The notes below the pieces were generated by a model. The model was not told the origin of the DNA. It worked only from the letters and a program-made list of their open reading frames with translations, and made no database searches. This document shows positions 24,277 through 35,893 of a stretch of 64,000 nt of DNA, one piece after another. Within the stretch, counting starts at the first letter, position 1; the number at the start of each line of letters is the position of its first letter. Position numbers and translations under genes: made by a program. This DNA comes from Emiliania huxleyi CCMP1516 (lineage: Eukaryota), in contig NW_005201240.1 in assembly GCF_000372725.1 (NCBI RefSeq), positions 1 to 64,000 of the forward strand. The letters run 5' to 3'.

Positions 24277-26580
24277 TCGGCGCTCCCGAGTCGACCCGAG
24301 GTGTGACCCCGAGGGGACGCGAGACTAGGTGGTGCTGCTGCCGATCCAGGGAGACGCCGACCTCCTCCTCTCCTTCAGCGAGCCGCGTCCCACACGCTCC
24401 TCCGCCACGTGCGACCACAACCCCCTCCCCGCTGCCGCCGCAACCCCCGCAATCACTTCCTCGCTGCCCGACTCGCCTCTGGGTGTGTGACCGGCGTCTC
24501 CTCACTGCGCTGGCTGCTCGTGCTCAGGTGGCTCGACGAGTCGGTCGGCGTCAAGCAGTTCACGCTGCCCGCCTCCTCCGAGTTCTTTTGCGGCCGGAAG
24601 CCGAGCGAGGACTTCGACGGGCGGCAGCAGGTCGCCGTCCCTTTTCCCTCCTCCCCTCCCCTCCCCTCGATTCACCTCGCCCCTCCGCCCGCAGCGCGCC
24701 ACGCTCACCGCCGCCACTACCGTCGCCGCCACCGAGGAGTGCGTCGACGCGGCGACGCCCGGGTACTGCCCCTCGCACCTCAGCGTGTGCGAGACGCTGC
24801 TCTGCCCGAGCTGCCTGCTGCCAGGCACCTCGGAGACTAGACGCCTCTCGGACGCCTCCCAGACACCTCCTAGCCGCCCCCACCGGCGCTCTCGCCCGTG
24901 CCACCCTTACACCCCTCGCCCCCTCTGGCAGGGCTGTGCGACTACACCTGCGGCTTTTGCAGCGTGCCTCCCCGGCCGCCCCCGCCACCGCCGCCACCGC
25001 CGCTTACCGACGAGGAGGAGTGCAAGCTGCACATCGGCGTCTCTGGCTTCGAGGAGGGCGACTTCAAGCTCTTCCTGTACAACTACACGCAGGACGCGGC
25101 CAACGCCGTCGCGGGCGGCGACATGATGGACTACGACGACTTTGTGGCCACTTCGTGCTCTCCGGGCTGCGACGACCTGCGCCTCGGCAACGCCGAGTGC
25201 GACATCGCCTGCAACACGACCGAGTGCGTGTGGGACGGCGGCGACTGCGGCTACGACGGCGGGTACGGCTTTGAGGACAACTGCGCCACCGCGTGCCCGG
25301 TGGCGTGGATCGGCGACGGCTACTGCGACGAGGCGTGCTACAACTCGGCGTGCCAGTGGGACGGCACCGATTGCACCGCCGACAGCGGGTGCGCCGACGG
25401 CTGCATGCCCAACTGGATCGACGACGACGAGTGCGACGAGCAGTGCAACAACGAGGCGTGCGGCTGGGACGGGCACGACTGCTCGCACGAGGCGGACGAG
25501 TGCTACACGGACAGCCGCGGGATCGACTATCGCGGCCACGTGGCGGTCTCCGCGGCGGGCCACCAGTGCCAGGTCTGGTCACACCAGACGCCCAACGCGC
25601 ACACCAAGACCGGCCTCGCCTTTCCAACCTTTGGGCTCGGAGGGCACAACTTTTGCCGAAACCCGGGCTCGGCGGAGATTGGGCCGTGGTGCTACACCAT
25701 CGGGGGCGCGCGCTGGGAGCTCTGCTCCGTGCCGCCGCCGTCGGACAAGTGCAATGTCGTGCTCACGACATTGGAGGCGCAGGTCACCGAGGGCGACGTC
25801 ACTTATGGAGTTGAGGTGTTCCGCCTGACAGAGGAGGATGCGAATCATCACCGGCCGTGGTGGCTAGTGCCTTACGAGAGGCACGACACCGATGCGTCTG
25901 CCTTCAGTGGCGCCGGTGTTATCCTCGGCATCGTCGCCGCAACGATCGTCCTTCTGCAAAGTATCTTTTGGCGGCCTTCCAGTCCGACTTTCAAAGCTCT
26001 CCGCGTGGCCTCCGCCGCCGTGGGGGCTGCCGTTTGTGTGATCGCCGTCGGCTTATTTGGCCTCCAGATTGCGATTGGCGACGGCGTCACGCCTGATCTC
26101 CTCGCCATCATGGCTTGCGGGCAAGTTGGCTGCGCCTGCCTCGTACTGGCCACCACGGTCCGAGTCCCCCTCGGGTGGCGCCGGCTGGCGGGCGCGACCT
26201 CAGTTCTGTCTCTGAGTGCGGCCATCTTGATGTTGGCCCGAGACGTCGTCTTCTGCGCCTCGCACCGTGGCTATTGCGTCACGGAGGGGATTGCGGACGC
26301 CGCGCTCGCCGTTGCCGCCGTGCCTTGGCTGCTGGGCGTGGTCTTGACCACGCATGCCCTTATGTCCAACGATGAAAGGCCTTTGGGCGCCACGCAAAAA
26401 CTACTCCCGCTGGTCGCTGCCAAAGCTGCCGAGCGGGGCGCCGCGAGTGGCACGCTAGTTGTCGGCGGCACCCAGACAACCTTCCCGCCCTTTTGGCTGG
26501 CATCCCCGACCGCACCCCTGAATGTGTCAGAGGTGGTCCTCGTGGCCAACATGATTAACGAGGGACATGAGAAGGAGTGA
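22703..26580 (+). CDS. Secreted/membrane protein with LNR-like Cys repeats, two kringle domains and a C-terminal multi-TM region
   Basis: Signal peptide; WIxDGxCDxxCNxxACxWDGxDC repeats; kringles (DYRG...CQxW...HNYCRNP...PWCYT) twice; about 5 hydrophobic helices. Confidence 0.85.
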
Positions 26581-27619
26581 GTCTTCGTCTGGCCGAGCTG
26601 TGCGGTCTTCTGTTGAACGGAACGGTGGATTAATTCCGGCCTGTCATCAATTGGCCTTCTCCAGGGTGCCGAATGCCTTCAGTGGCCACACCCTCGCCCA
26701 CGCGGAGACCGTAAATGCCAAGTGTTTCACTAGTACGGAGACCACCGGCAACCGCGACTAATCGGACGCATCGCAACGAACGGGGCCGTAGATGACGTAG
26801 ATGGCATTGGGCCAATCCTTGAGTGGGCGCTGAACACTAATTGTGCGTGAGGGTGGATGTGTACTCGGAATGAGGAGTGTCTGATACGTTGTGGCAGTCT
26901 AGCGTGCGTGCAGCGGTGGCTCAGAGCCAGCTCTTGTCTGTCTGGGTTGCAGTATCGGGAGACGAGTTCCCCGTGAAGGTGCCGCAATATCCAATCTTCT
27001 TAAAATTCCTGTGTAGTGGCGGCGTGGCCGGCGTGCCGTCCTCCTGCCAGCCCCCAGCCGCATATCCGCATCCTCCCTCCCAGCTCCCTGTAGACGGCGA
27101 GGCGTGCGGCGCGTCGGTGGTCCGTTCCATCAGCCGCGCGCAAGCCTCGTCGCTGAGGCGCGGCGGCGAGGAGCCCGCGCTCCACTCGTGGAGGCAGCGC
27201 GCCGAGGCCGCGTGCCGGACCAGAGCCGCGAGGGCGGTGCGCCCTTTGCTCCCCGACGCGAGCGTCTCGACGTCGGCGAGGATTGAGCAGCTTGGTGTCG
27301 CGTGCGCGTGAGGCCGACGTTGAGCCGCCGCTCGTCGGCGAGGAAGCCGACCACACCGACCACACCGCGGCAAGAAAGAACCTTTAAGGAGGGAGGGATG
27401 GGAGGACGGCACGCCGCCACCACACAGGGATTTTAAGGAGAGGAGTGAGTGTGGAGATTTGTTTGAGTGTGGTGGGAGAGAGAGAGAGAGATCTTCTTCT
27501 CTAGTGTGTGTGGTGCTAGCCGTCGCCCACCCTCGGGCGTCTACTTGTGAAGAGAAAGCGGTACAAAAAATAACCGCACTCTCTCACGTTACAAGGGACA
27601 TTCTGCAGAGATGCAGGGA

Positions 27620-27853
27620 GTAGCACTTGGAGCACTTGGAGTGCAGTTGGCAGCCTCACATCCAGGGCCGGGGAGCTAAGGAGCGCACCCAGCGGGCCGG
27701 ATGATCGGGATCGGGTTGCGGGCAAGAGAGCCCTAGCCCTGGGGGTGCGCGTTCGCAGGGAAAGGGCCGTAGAGTAAACACGGGTCTCCGAGGGTTGGCT
27801 CCGCGCTCCGGGTTTCCCCTAGCAGCAGACCGCCCCCTATACTCGGAGCTATA
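27620..27853 (-). repeat. Dispersed ~235-bp repeat (copy A), probably structured RNA / retroposon 5' region
   Basis: Reverse complement aligns block by block with 55523-55757. Confidence 0.8.
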
Positions 27854-28385
27854 ATGAACACCAGACATGCACACGACACGCACTCTCACACGACGTCACC
27901 GCTCGCGCTCGCCATTTTGCGTAAGTATGCGAGTATCGCGTGCTCGGGCCTCGGCGGGCAGCACCTCGACTGGTGCTCTGCGAGTCGCTAAATGTGCTGC
28001 TGTTTGGCGCACATGGTCTGGCTGCTCGGTTCGTTGCTCCCGGGGACCAGAGACCGGTGGTGAACCACCGGTTCGGTACGACCCGCAGCCTACTCCTACT
28101 ACCGCGCGCGCGCGCGCGCAGGCCGCCGTGGGCACGGGTGGGGCGAGCGCGCGCACCATGGTCTCGAGACGTGCCCGCCGTTCTGCCGGATGATGATGTG
28201 CTCCACGTACGTATACGGACACGCACCGCGCAGTTTCTTTCTTTCGACAGGACAGGCTGCCAGCAATAACGTCATCGAAGCGCCCTCGGTGTGAAGCGGT
28301 ACGGCCACAATCCTAATTCGCGCCGCTGGGCCTAATCCAAGCCAACTACATGCGCACCGTTCGCGCACGCAGCGCACTTATCATC

Positions 28386-28931
28386 ATGTCCGCTCTCCTG
28401 CTGGCAGTCGCCGCAACGGATAGCGAGGTTGACTGCGGCGCGATGCGGACAAAGGAGCTGCGAAAGTGGCTGGCGGCTCGAGGGCTCAAGTGTGAGGGGT
28501 GCGCGGAGAAGGCCGACTATGTGACGCTGTGTGAGCAGAACAAGGACGCGCCGCTGCTGCCGCCCGAGGAGCCGCCTGCGGACGCCGGCAAGGGCAAAGA
28601 CCAGAGCATCGAGGACCTGCTCGCGTCTATGAAGGGGATGCCAGGGATGGAGGGCATTAAGATGTTCACGGCGGACGACCTGAAGAACATGAACCCGGAG
28701 CAGATGGGCGCGTCCATGGGCGGGCGCGGCGGCCGCAAGTCGAGGGCAGAGTGGCGAGACGAGCTCGTCGACTTTTACTCGAGGTATGGGCTCGACGACA
28801 AGATCGCGGGCGTGGACGCGGCGCTGGACAAGTGGAAGGGGAGGGAGAGCCGCATGTTCGACGCGCTGTACAAGAAGTACGACGTAGAGATCCGCGCAAA
28901 GTCGGACGCCGCCGCAAAGGACGAGGTTTGA
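28386..28931 (+). CDS. ER protein with ARMET/MANF C-terminal SAP-like domain and KDEL-like end
   Basis: Signal peptide; MRTKELRKWLAARGLKCEGCAEKADYV (CxxC); ends KDEV. Confidence 0.8.
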   Translation: MSALLLAVAATDSEVDCGAMRTKELRKWLAARGLKCEGCAEKADYVTLCEQNKDAPLLPPEEPPADAGKGKDQSIEDLLASMKGMPGMEGIKMFTADDLKNMNPEQMGASMGGRGGRKSRAEWRDELVDFYSRYGLDDKIAGVDAALDKWKGRESRMFDALYKKYDVEIRAKSDAAAKDEV

Positions 28932-29304
28932 CGCCTGTCTTCAATGGCGTCGGGATTTCTGCAGCAGCGCGAGAGCGCGCGAAGCGCGAGGTCCGAGGAC
29001 GCTCGCTCGTCTACTCTCTTGTACACAATACTCCGTATTACACTCCCTCACCCCTCTCCCGGCACTCTCGGCCCGGGACTATTGCCACCCGTGTGTCGTT
29101 AGACGTTACCCCCGATCTGTCACGCTGTCATCTTATGAACATTGAGCACACTCTCTCCACACCTGCCGCGCCCGCGGCCCCCCGCGCAAGCCCTGGCAAA
29201 ATTTCAAAGGCGAGAGCCCCGGCTTGCCAAAGCCGGGGCGCGGGGCGGCGCCGCCGGACTGGCTGAGTCGGAGACGCGGCCGAGAGTTCTCCGGCCGCGG
29301 CCCC

Positions 29305-31186
29305 TCAGGCGGAGGAGGGTGTGCCGAGGCCCGTGACGTTGAGCGTGAGGTCACCCACTGCCTTTGGCGTCAGGTCGACCTCGAGGCCCATCGCGCGCAT
29401 TTTCGCCTGCACCGCCCTCGTCACCGTGCCCTTGGCCTGGCGGGCGTCGCCTGGGCGGCGCGGGGGCGAAGAGGCCGGTGGCGCGAGGCCGACGGGGCTT
29501 GTTGCCGCGAGGGTTCCGGATGTGAGAGGGTGAGGGAGGTGTGCGGCGCGTGGTGGCGTGTGGCGGCGTGTGGCGTGCGGGTCTGGGGCGGTGGCGATGG
29601 CGGAGGCGGAGGCGCCACCCTCAGAGCGGGGCCCCTCTGCTACCTCTCCGCTGCCTCTCCGCTACCCCTCCTGCTGCCTCTCCGCTGCCTCTGAGCTGCC
29701 TCTCTGCTACCTCTCGCCCCAGAGGCGGGGCCCGAAGGAGGAGGGCAGCTGGCAGTGCGCGTGGTTGACGGCGAGGTCGAGGCACGGGTTGGAGGCGGAG
29801 TAGCCGAGCGCGCGCGTGAAGATGTAGAGGAGGACATTCTCGCCGCCTACTCTCGGCCAATCTCGGCTGATCTCGGCGGATCTCGCGTGGAGATGCAGAG
29901 GAGGACATGCCCCCGCCCCACGCGTTCTGCGGAAACTCAAACAGCGAGAGCTGCGCCTGGCAGGGGCAGGGCGGCAAGCGGCAGTGAGGCAGCTGGGCAG
30001 CAAGGAGCGGCGCAAGCTCTGTGGCGGAGGACTCCGCAACCGGGCGGCCAGCGGGCGGCGGGAAGCGCCAGGCAAGCCCGCGCTTGCAGCCCGCGCTGGC
30101 GGCGCAGCGCCGGCCGGGCGGCGGAGCGCCGGTCGGGCGGATCGAGGGCGGATCGAGGGCGCATAGGGCGGGAAAGTGTGAGGAGTGCATGGGCGAGGGG
30201 TCCGCTCGCCTCGGAGAGCGGAGAAGCGAGGGAGAAGACATACGCGTCGTAGGAGCCTACACCATTCTCTCTCCTCTTCTCGAGCTCATTCTCTTCTTTG
30301 GGGAGCAGACACACGCGTCGCAGGAGCCAAAGTTGATCTTCGAGCAGAGCGTGCGCCGCCACACGCCGTACGACGGCCCGCTCATGTCGCACGTCCGCTG
30401 CCCCCACGCCGCAGGCTTGGCAAACAGCTTGCCCTTGCCCTGCAGTAGCCTCGACTTGCCCTGCAGCCGCCTGCCCTGCAGCCGCCTGCCCTGCAGCCGC
30501 CTGCCCTGCAGCTGCCCGCCGTCCGCTGGCGCGCCGGCGTCGGTGAGGTTGAGGAGGCCGAGGGAGGAGGCCGCCTCGGCGCTTCTGCGCACGTCGTAGT
30601 CCGTCCGGCGGTGGTAGCGGGAGAGGAAGTACGTGTGGCGGGCCGGGAGGCCGGAGGTTGCGAGCTCGGCCCACCGCCCTTCCGGCATGAGGTACACGTC
30701 CTGGTTGAGAAAGACGACGGTGCGGCCGACGAGGTGGCGCGAGGCGTAGGCGAGGTACGTCCGGAAGGAGGGGCGCTCGGCAATCCCGACGACGTGCAGC
30801 ATGTGCTTCCGCTTCTCGTACCAGCGCAGCCTGCTGAGCAGCGCCTCCACGGGCGGCGCCTCTGCGACGAGGAGGTGGAGGTCCGACACGGCGGCGTGGA
30901 GCACATTGCGCCGGAGCACCTGCGCGGGGCACGCAGGCTTCCTCAGCCGATGGCGGCCGAGGCGGCTGCATGCCGCCGCCGACACCTCCAGCAGCTCGAG
31001 CTGACGTGCATGCACGTTGACCCACTTGACGCACGGCTTCCGGCGGCTCAGGGCAGCTCGCTCGGGGCAGATCTGCAGCGTGTTGCCCCAGGTCGGGCCG
31101 TAGAACCACTGCATCGTCGTGAGGAGGGAGAGGCCGCTCCGCGCTTCTGCGGCGGGCGTCGCCACGGATGTGGCAGCCCCACCCAT
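29305..31186 (-). CDS. Putative glycosyltransferase-like protein, multi-exon
   Basis: Coding exon with VVFLNQDVY (NxD), FLSRY and GSYDAYVF, then later exons GGENVLLY...NPCLDLAVNHAHC. Confidence 0.5.
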
Positions 31187-31319
31187 CGGCCAGCCCCTCA
31201 GATCGATGAGCGCGCTCTAAGTTGGCTCGGCATGTTTCTTTTCTTTGCCAGTCCGCGCCCGTCCGCGCCCTTGTCGTGCCAGTGTGCTGTGAGAGAGGCT
31301 TGTATCTTAAGAATTCTCT

Positions 31320-31551
31320 TCTTTTTCAGTGTACCTGTGTTAGTGCCAGTGCGCGCCAGTCCCGTGCCCAGTATTGTGCGAGGGAGTTTTCTTGGAAAAT
31401 TCTTTTTCAATGTACGTACTTTTTTGAGCTTAGCCTTCGATGTTATGTACGTACTTTTTTTAGCTTACTGGGACAAAAGAGAGAGGGGGTTGTGTTCTCT
31501 AGGCCCCTAGGGGCCCTACGCGCGGCGTGAGAGCTCGGAAGCGAGCTTTGC
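31320..31551. repeat. Composite dispersed repeat (copy 1)
   Basis: 31445-31551 is near-identical to 37915-38016; 31331-31386 matches the reverse complement of 55768-55823. Confidence 0.8.
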
Positions 31552-32167
31552 ACGGCGATCGAGGATGGCGCGGTTCACCCCCTTCACCGAAGCGATGGAG
31601 ATGCGTTCCGCGTGGTGTGACACAAATGAGAGGCGGGACACATGACACAGTGAAACAGACGCCGTCGCCAACTGTCATGTCGGTAGCCGCTCTGCACCGC
31701 TCGCTGCTGGAGCGCGGTTGATCGCGGCACCGACGCCGCGGCGGCGCCATCTCGCGCGGCGAGAGACGGCGCTGCATCGGCGCCAAAACAAACGGGAGGT
31801 CGCGGCGCGGACGCGCGGCAGCAAAAACATCGACGTTCGCTTCTGCTTCTCATCACACCCCCATCACACCCCCATCACACCCATCACTCACACCACAAGT
31901 TTCTCCGAGACCTCGCGAGCGGGCAGTTATTCACACCTCGGCAGTGTGGTCTGGGCAGGGCAGGGCAGTGTGGGTTTCACACCCGGGGCAGGTAGGGGAT
32001 CGGGGAGGGCAGTGTTGTGCGGCAGTGTGCGGGCAGGGCAGTACGGCAGGCGGCAGGGCAGGGCAGGGCAGGGCACGGCAGTTGGGGTCATAATTGCAGG
32101 GCTGAGATTCGGGTTCTCAGGTGCGTGGTGAAAAAAAGGGGGTGATAATACCCTCCCCAACCCCCAC

Positions 32168-32327
32168 CATGTGGAAGACGGCTAGTGCTAGTCCCCCATC
32201 GGGAGGACGACCCCGGCTAGTCGCCGACCACACCCACAAAGAACCCTGCACAAAGATCGCAAGGGCGGGGACCTGTTCCTTTTTACCCACCTCACAGTAG
32301 AGAGGTGTGCGTTTTTATTTATTTATT
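32168..32327 (+). mobile_element. 5'-truncated non-LTR retroposon 3' end with (TTTA)n tail
   Basis: Matches 57325-57493 reverse complement; 14-bp TSD TCCCCAACCCCCAC at 32154-32167 and 32328-32341. Confidence 0.88.
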
Positions 32328-32486
32328 TCCCCAACCCCCACACCTAAGCCTACGGCTACGCACGACGACCGACATCGTCTCATTAGAGTACATTGAACAA
32401 GGTGCACAGTCCTAGCTCCACCCCTTATCATCTGATCGGCATCGCCCTCACACCACGGGCAACAGCGCTCTCAACACACCGCTGCG

Positions 32487-35400
32487 CTAACACTGCGCCC
32501 GCCCCGTGTACCAGAGGGACACCACGAGCGACCATATCCACGGCGGGTAGCGCCCCGTCCATCGCGGCTCCCTTTTCTCAAGAAACGCCCTTGGCCCCTC
32601 CCTGAAGTCAGGCGTCATGAAGAGCTTCACGAGGGCGCGGTTGGACTCATTGAACGCGTCATCGTCGCTCATCAGCTGCATGCGGTCCGCGCAGACCTTC
32701 GCCTCGCGCACCGCTACGGGCGCGTTCTGCACGATGCGGCCCGCCAGTGCGAGCGCCGCGTCGCGCGAGGACCCGGGCTCCACCAGCTCGTTCACGAAGC
32801 CCAGCTCCTTGGCGCGGCTTGCCATGATTGGGTCGCCCGTGAGAAGCATCTCCATCGCAACCTGGCGCGGCAGCCTCTGCGGTAGCCGGAAGAGCCCCCC
32901 GGCTCCGGCAACCAGCGACCGCTTCACCTCGGGCAGCCCGAAGACCGCCTTGTGGGAGGCAACGACGAGATCGCAAGCGAGGACGATCTCGCACCCGCCA
33001 GCCAGAGCCTTCCCGTCCACCGCGGCGATCAGAGGCTTGGTGCGGGGGAACTGGACCATCCCAGCAAAGCCGCCCTTCCAAGAGAACACCCGCTCCATGG
33101 CGTTGATTGCCTTCAGATCCGCGCCCGCGCAAAAGACGTCTGGATGGGATGAGGCCACGACGCCGACCCACATATCCGAGTTCCGCTCGAACGCGGTGAG
33201 CAGCGCCTCAAACCGCGCCGAGACCTTGCCGTTGATTGCATTCCGCGCGGCGGGGCGGTTCAGTGTGAACACAGCCACGTGGCCCAGCTCCTCGTAGAGC
33301 ACCACCGGGGGCTCTTCTGCCACCCGGAGCGCGCTGGCGGCGCCTCGCAGGGGCGGCGGACCCACCTCGCCCTCGGCCACCCGGAGCGCGGCGCCTCGCA
33401 GGGGCGGCGGACCCACCTCGCCCTCGGCCACCCGGAGCGCGGCGCCTCGCAGGGGCGGAAGGGCGAAAGCTTCGCCTCCCGCCACGATGCTGCGATCGAC
33501 GGTCGACGGGGGCTCGCCCGGCGGCTGGTGCAGCCGCACGCCGGGTGCGGCTCTGACGACGTGCCTTTGCATGTCCAGCCCGGGCATCAGCGCCGTGAGC
33601 TGCAGCCCGTGCGGCGTGAGCTGGAACAGGCCGACGCTGGTCACGTAAAAGACGCTCTTGCCAGCGGCGAGCGCCCTGGCGCCGCTGAACGTCACCTCGC
33701 TCACACGTGGCACGAGCTTCGCCCCCGACTGCTCCGTCATGCTCAGCGAGCCATCGGCACCCACGGTGATGGACGCCCTCTGTGTGAACGGACAGATGAA
33801 GATCACGAGCTTGGCACAGTCGATCAGGTCCATGAAGCCGCCAGGTCCGACGTAGTTCGCCACGTCTCCGCGCTTGTTTGACACGTTGACGTCGCCCGCC
33901 TCGTCGAACTCGAGCGCGCCCAGCACCACCGCGTCGAGGCTCCCCTGCATGCGCTCAAAGGCTTGCGCCGTGTTCACCATCTCCTCTGGGTAGATGGAGG
34001 CGCCGAAGAGCAGGCCCGGCGCCGGCACGCCCCCAAAGACGCCGGTCTCGACCACCATGCGGAGCTGCTCCAGGGTGCCGCACTCGTCCAGCACCGAAGA
34101 CACCTCCTCGGGCAGGCCCGTGCCGATGTCCACCAAGGCGCCGGCAGACACGCGCGAAGTGAGCACGTGCGCCGCCAGGCGCGCCATCGCGCGGTCCATG
34201 TCGCTGCGTGTGGGTGTGGCGTTGGCCAGCTTGCACATGAGGCGGGCGAGCTGCAGCCCCTTGGCCTTTGAGACGCCATCCTCGCCGTGCTGCAGCGTGA
34301 GCCACGAGAAGGGCGAGCCGTAAGTAGCGCCGAGCACCTGCTCCGTCTTGGAGTTGACGACGATAGCGTCGACGTGCTCGGCCTTGATCCAGACCTCCAT
34401 GCCGCGCGCCGCGTCGTCGTCCACGACAGCGCCGACCTGCGCCAGCACCACGCCGCCGCCTCGCTTGGCGGCAGTCGCCATGTCGAACGTCTCGTTGAGG
34501 ACCGTCGCACCGTGCGAGTAGAGGTTGCCCTTGCGGTCGGCCAGCGGCGCATTGATGATTGCGGCGTCGATGCGGTCGACGCCAAGCGAGAACTCGAGGT
34601 GTCCCGAGTCGGCATCGGGGACCACGAGGTGCGGCGCGCCCGGCGTGAGCGGAGAGCCTCGGCCGCAGCGCGGGTCGACAAAGGTGCCAACACCCACGGT
34701 GGAGACGAGCTGGGGCGCCTGCCCGCCGGCGAGGCGCGCGAGCAGCCTCGCGATGATGCCGAGCGGCAGGATCTGGACCTCGAGGTTTGAGTCGGCGGGC
34801 GCTGCCAGCTGCAGAAATCTGGGCAGCGTGAGAGTGTGCGACACAACGAGGCGCGTCACAAGCCCAGGAAGGGCGAGCTCCTCCAAGGATCCCCGCAAAA
34901 TGCCTTTCCCCTTGGTGCCATTGCCGCCCGGCCCGACAACAGTCAACCCACGTGGTGAGGAGGTGGCGAGGTGGCGCCGCCGCAGCGCCCCCATCAGCAG
35001 GCTGGGCGCGACGTTGGCCGCCACTCCCGAAAAGGCAACTACTGTCTCATCACTGATGAGCGCGGCCGCGGCTTCGGCGCTCATGAAGCGCGCGTTGGCT
35101 GCGGCAAGCTCTGCGTCAAATGCCGCGTGGTCCACCCTGAAGGCGCTCCACCCTGCACGGGTCCACACCGAACGGAGGAGGCGGAAGGCGAGGGTCACCT
35201 TATCGACCAGCGTCAGCACGTCGGCATCAACCTTCTGCTTGCTCCAACCCCCGACGATCGAGGCGACGATCGAGAGCACCAGGGTTAGCGCAGCGAGCCC
35301 GCCGACACAAACTGAGGACTCGTATGCAGCACCGCCGCCAACTGAGAACTCGTGTTCACGTAGAGCCACGCTGAGGATCACAAGCACAAGAGGAGCCACA

Positions 35401-35501
35401 ATTTGGATGGCCATCCCGCTCACCGACAAGCCAAAGGAGCAATCAAGGATAGCTTCAAGGATTTGTGGGGTGCGCATTGCTCGCCAACTTATGCTCGCCA
35501 A
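32487..35501 (-). CDS. Family I acyl-CoA transferase (YdiF/propionate CoA-transferase type) fused to enoyl-CoA hydratase; intronless
   Basis: STVGVGTFVDPR, ADRKGN, VDIGTGLPE, catalytic VETG, GDVNVS...GPGGFMD; crotonase TLNRP.ARNA, FCAGADLK, KPLIAAVDG.ALAGGCE...FGLPEV; true start probably ATG 35477 or later. Confidence 0.92.
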   Translation of the reverse strand: MASISWRAMRTPQILEAILDCSFGLSVSGMAIQIVAPLVLVILSVALREHEFSVGGGAAYESSVCVGGLAALTLVLSIVASIVGGWSKQKVDADVLTLVDKVTLAFRLLRSVWTRAGWSAFRVDHAAFDAELAAANARFMSAEAAAALISDETVVAFSGVAANVAPSLLMGALRRRHLATSSPRGLTVVGPGGNGTKGKGILRGSLEELALPGLVTRLVVSHTLTLPRFLQLAAPADSNLEVQILPLGIIARLLARLAGGQAPQLVSTVGVGTFVDPRCGRGSPLTPGAPHLVVPDADSGHLEFSLGVDRIDAAIINAPLADRKGNLYSHGATVLNETFDMATAAKRGGGVVLAQVGAVVDDDAARGMEVWIKAEHVDAIVVNSKTEQVLGATYGSPFSWLTLQHGEDGVSKAKGLQLARLMCKLANATPTRSDMDRAMARLAAHVLTSRVSAGALVDIGTGLPEEVSSVLDECGTLEQLRMVVETGVFGGVPAPGLLFGASIYPEEMVNTAQAFERMQGSLDAVVLGALEFDEAGDVNVSNKRGDVANYVGPGGFMDLIDCAKLVIFICPFTQRASITVGADGSLSMTEQSGAKLVPRVSEVTFSGARALAAGKSVFYVTSVGLFQLTPHGLQLTALMPGLDMQRHVVRAAPGVRLHQPPGEPPSTVDRSIVAGGEAFALPPLRGAALRVAEGEVGPPPLRGAALRVAEGEVGPPPLRGAASALRVAEEPPVVLYEELGHVAVFTLNRPAARNAINGKVSARFEALLTAFERNSDMWVGVVASSHPDVFCAGADLKAINAMERVFSWKGGFAGMVQFPRTKPLIAAVDGKALAGGCEIVLACDLVVASHKAVFGLPEVKRSLVAGAGGLFRLPQRLPRQVAMEMLLTGDPIMASRAKELGFVNELVEPGSSRDAALALAGRIVQNAPVAVREAKVCADRMQLMSDDDAFNESNRALVKLFMTPDFREGPRAFLEKREPRWTGRYPPWIWSLVVSLWYTGRAQC

Positions 35502-35893
35502 AACCTTTCCGAGAATTTCTTTCGGTACGATTTCTTCTGCGATGAATACATGTTAGAATTCTTTTCCCTGTGTCGCTGTGCCCAGCAGTGCGCGCCCCAG
35601 TGTAAGAAAACGAAAAGCTCAAGGCACGCACAATCAATTCTTTTTCCTCGTAGGAGAACAAACCATTCGTAGGAGACGAGTCTCTTAGGCGGCCCCCGTG
35701 GCGTACCTGAGTTCTCGTACAGCGATGGGCTAAGGATGTCGAGCGCGCCTTCGCACAAGAAAGCGAAACCGCGTCTGACCAGTGACCCTGGACACCAGAC
35801 GCTATGGGTGGGACGCAAGCGCTGTTGAGACGGGCTGCGCGCGACCTTGCAGGCGCGCGACCTTGCTTGCAATCCTGCTCAGCTGAGACAGGA

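Noticed and set aside
26760..27412. Coding-like minus-strand stretch
   Set aside because: Contains stops and no recognisable motif; cannot be assigned.
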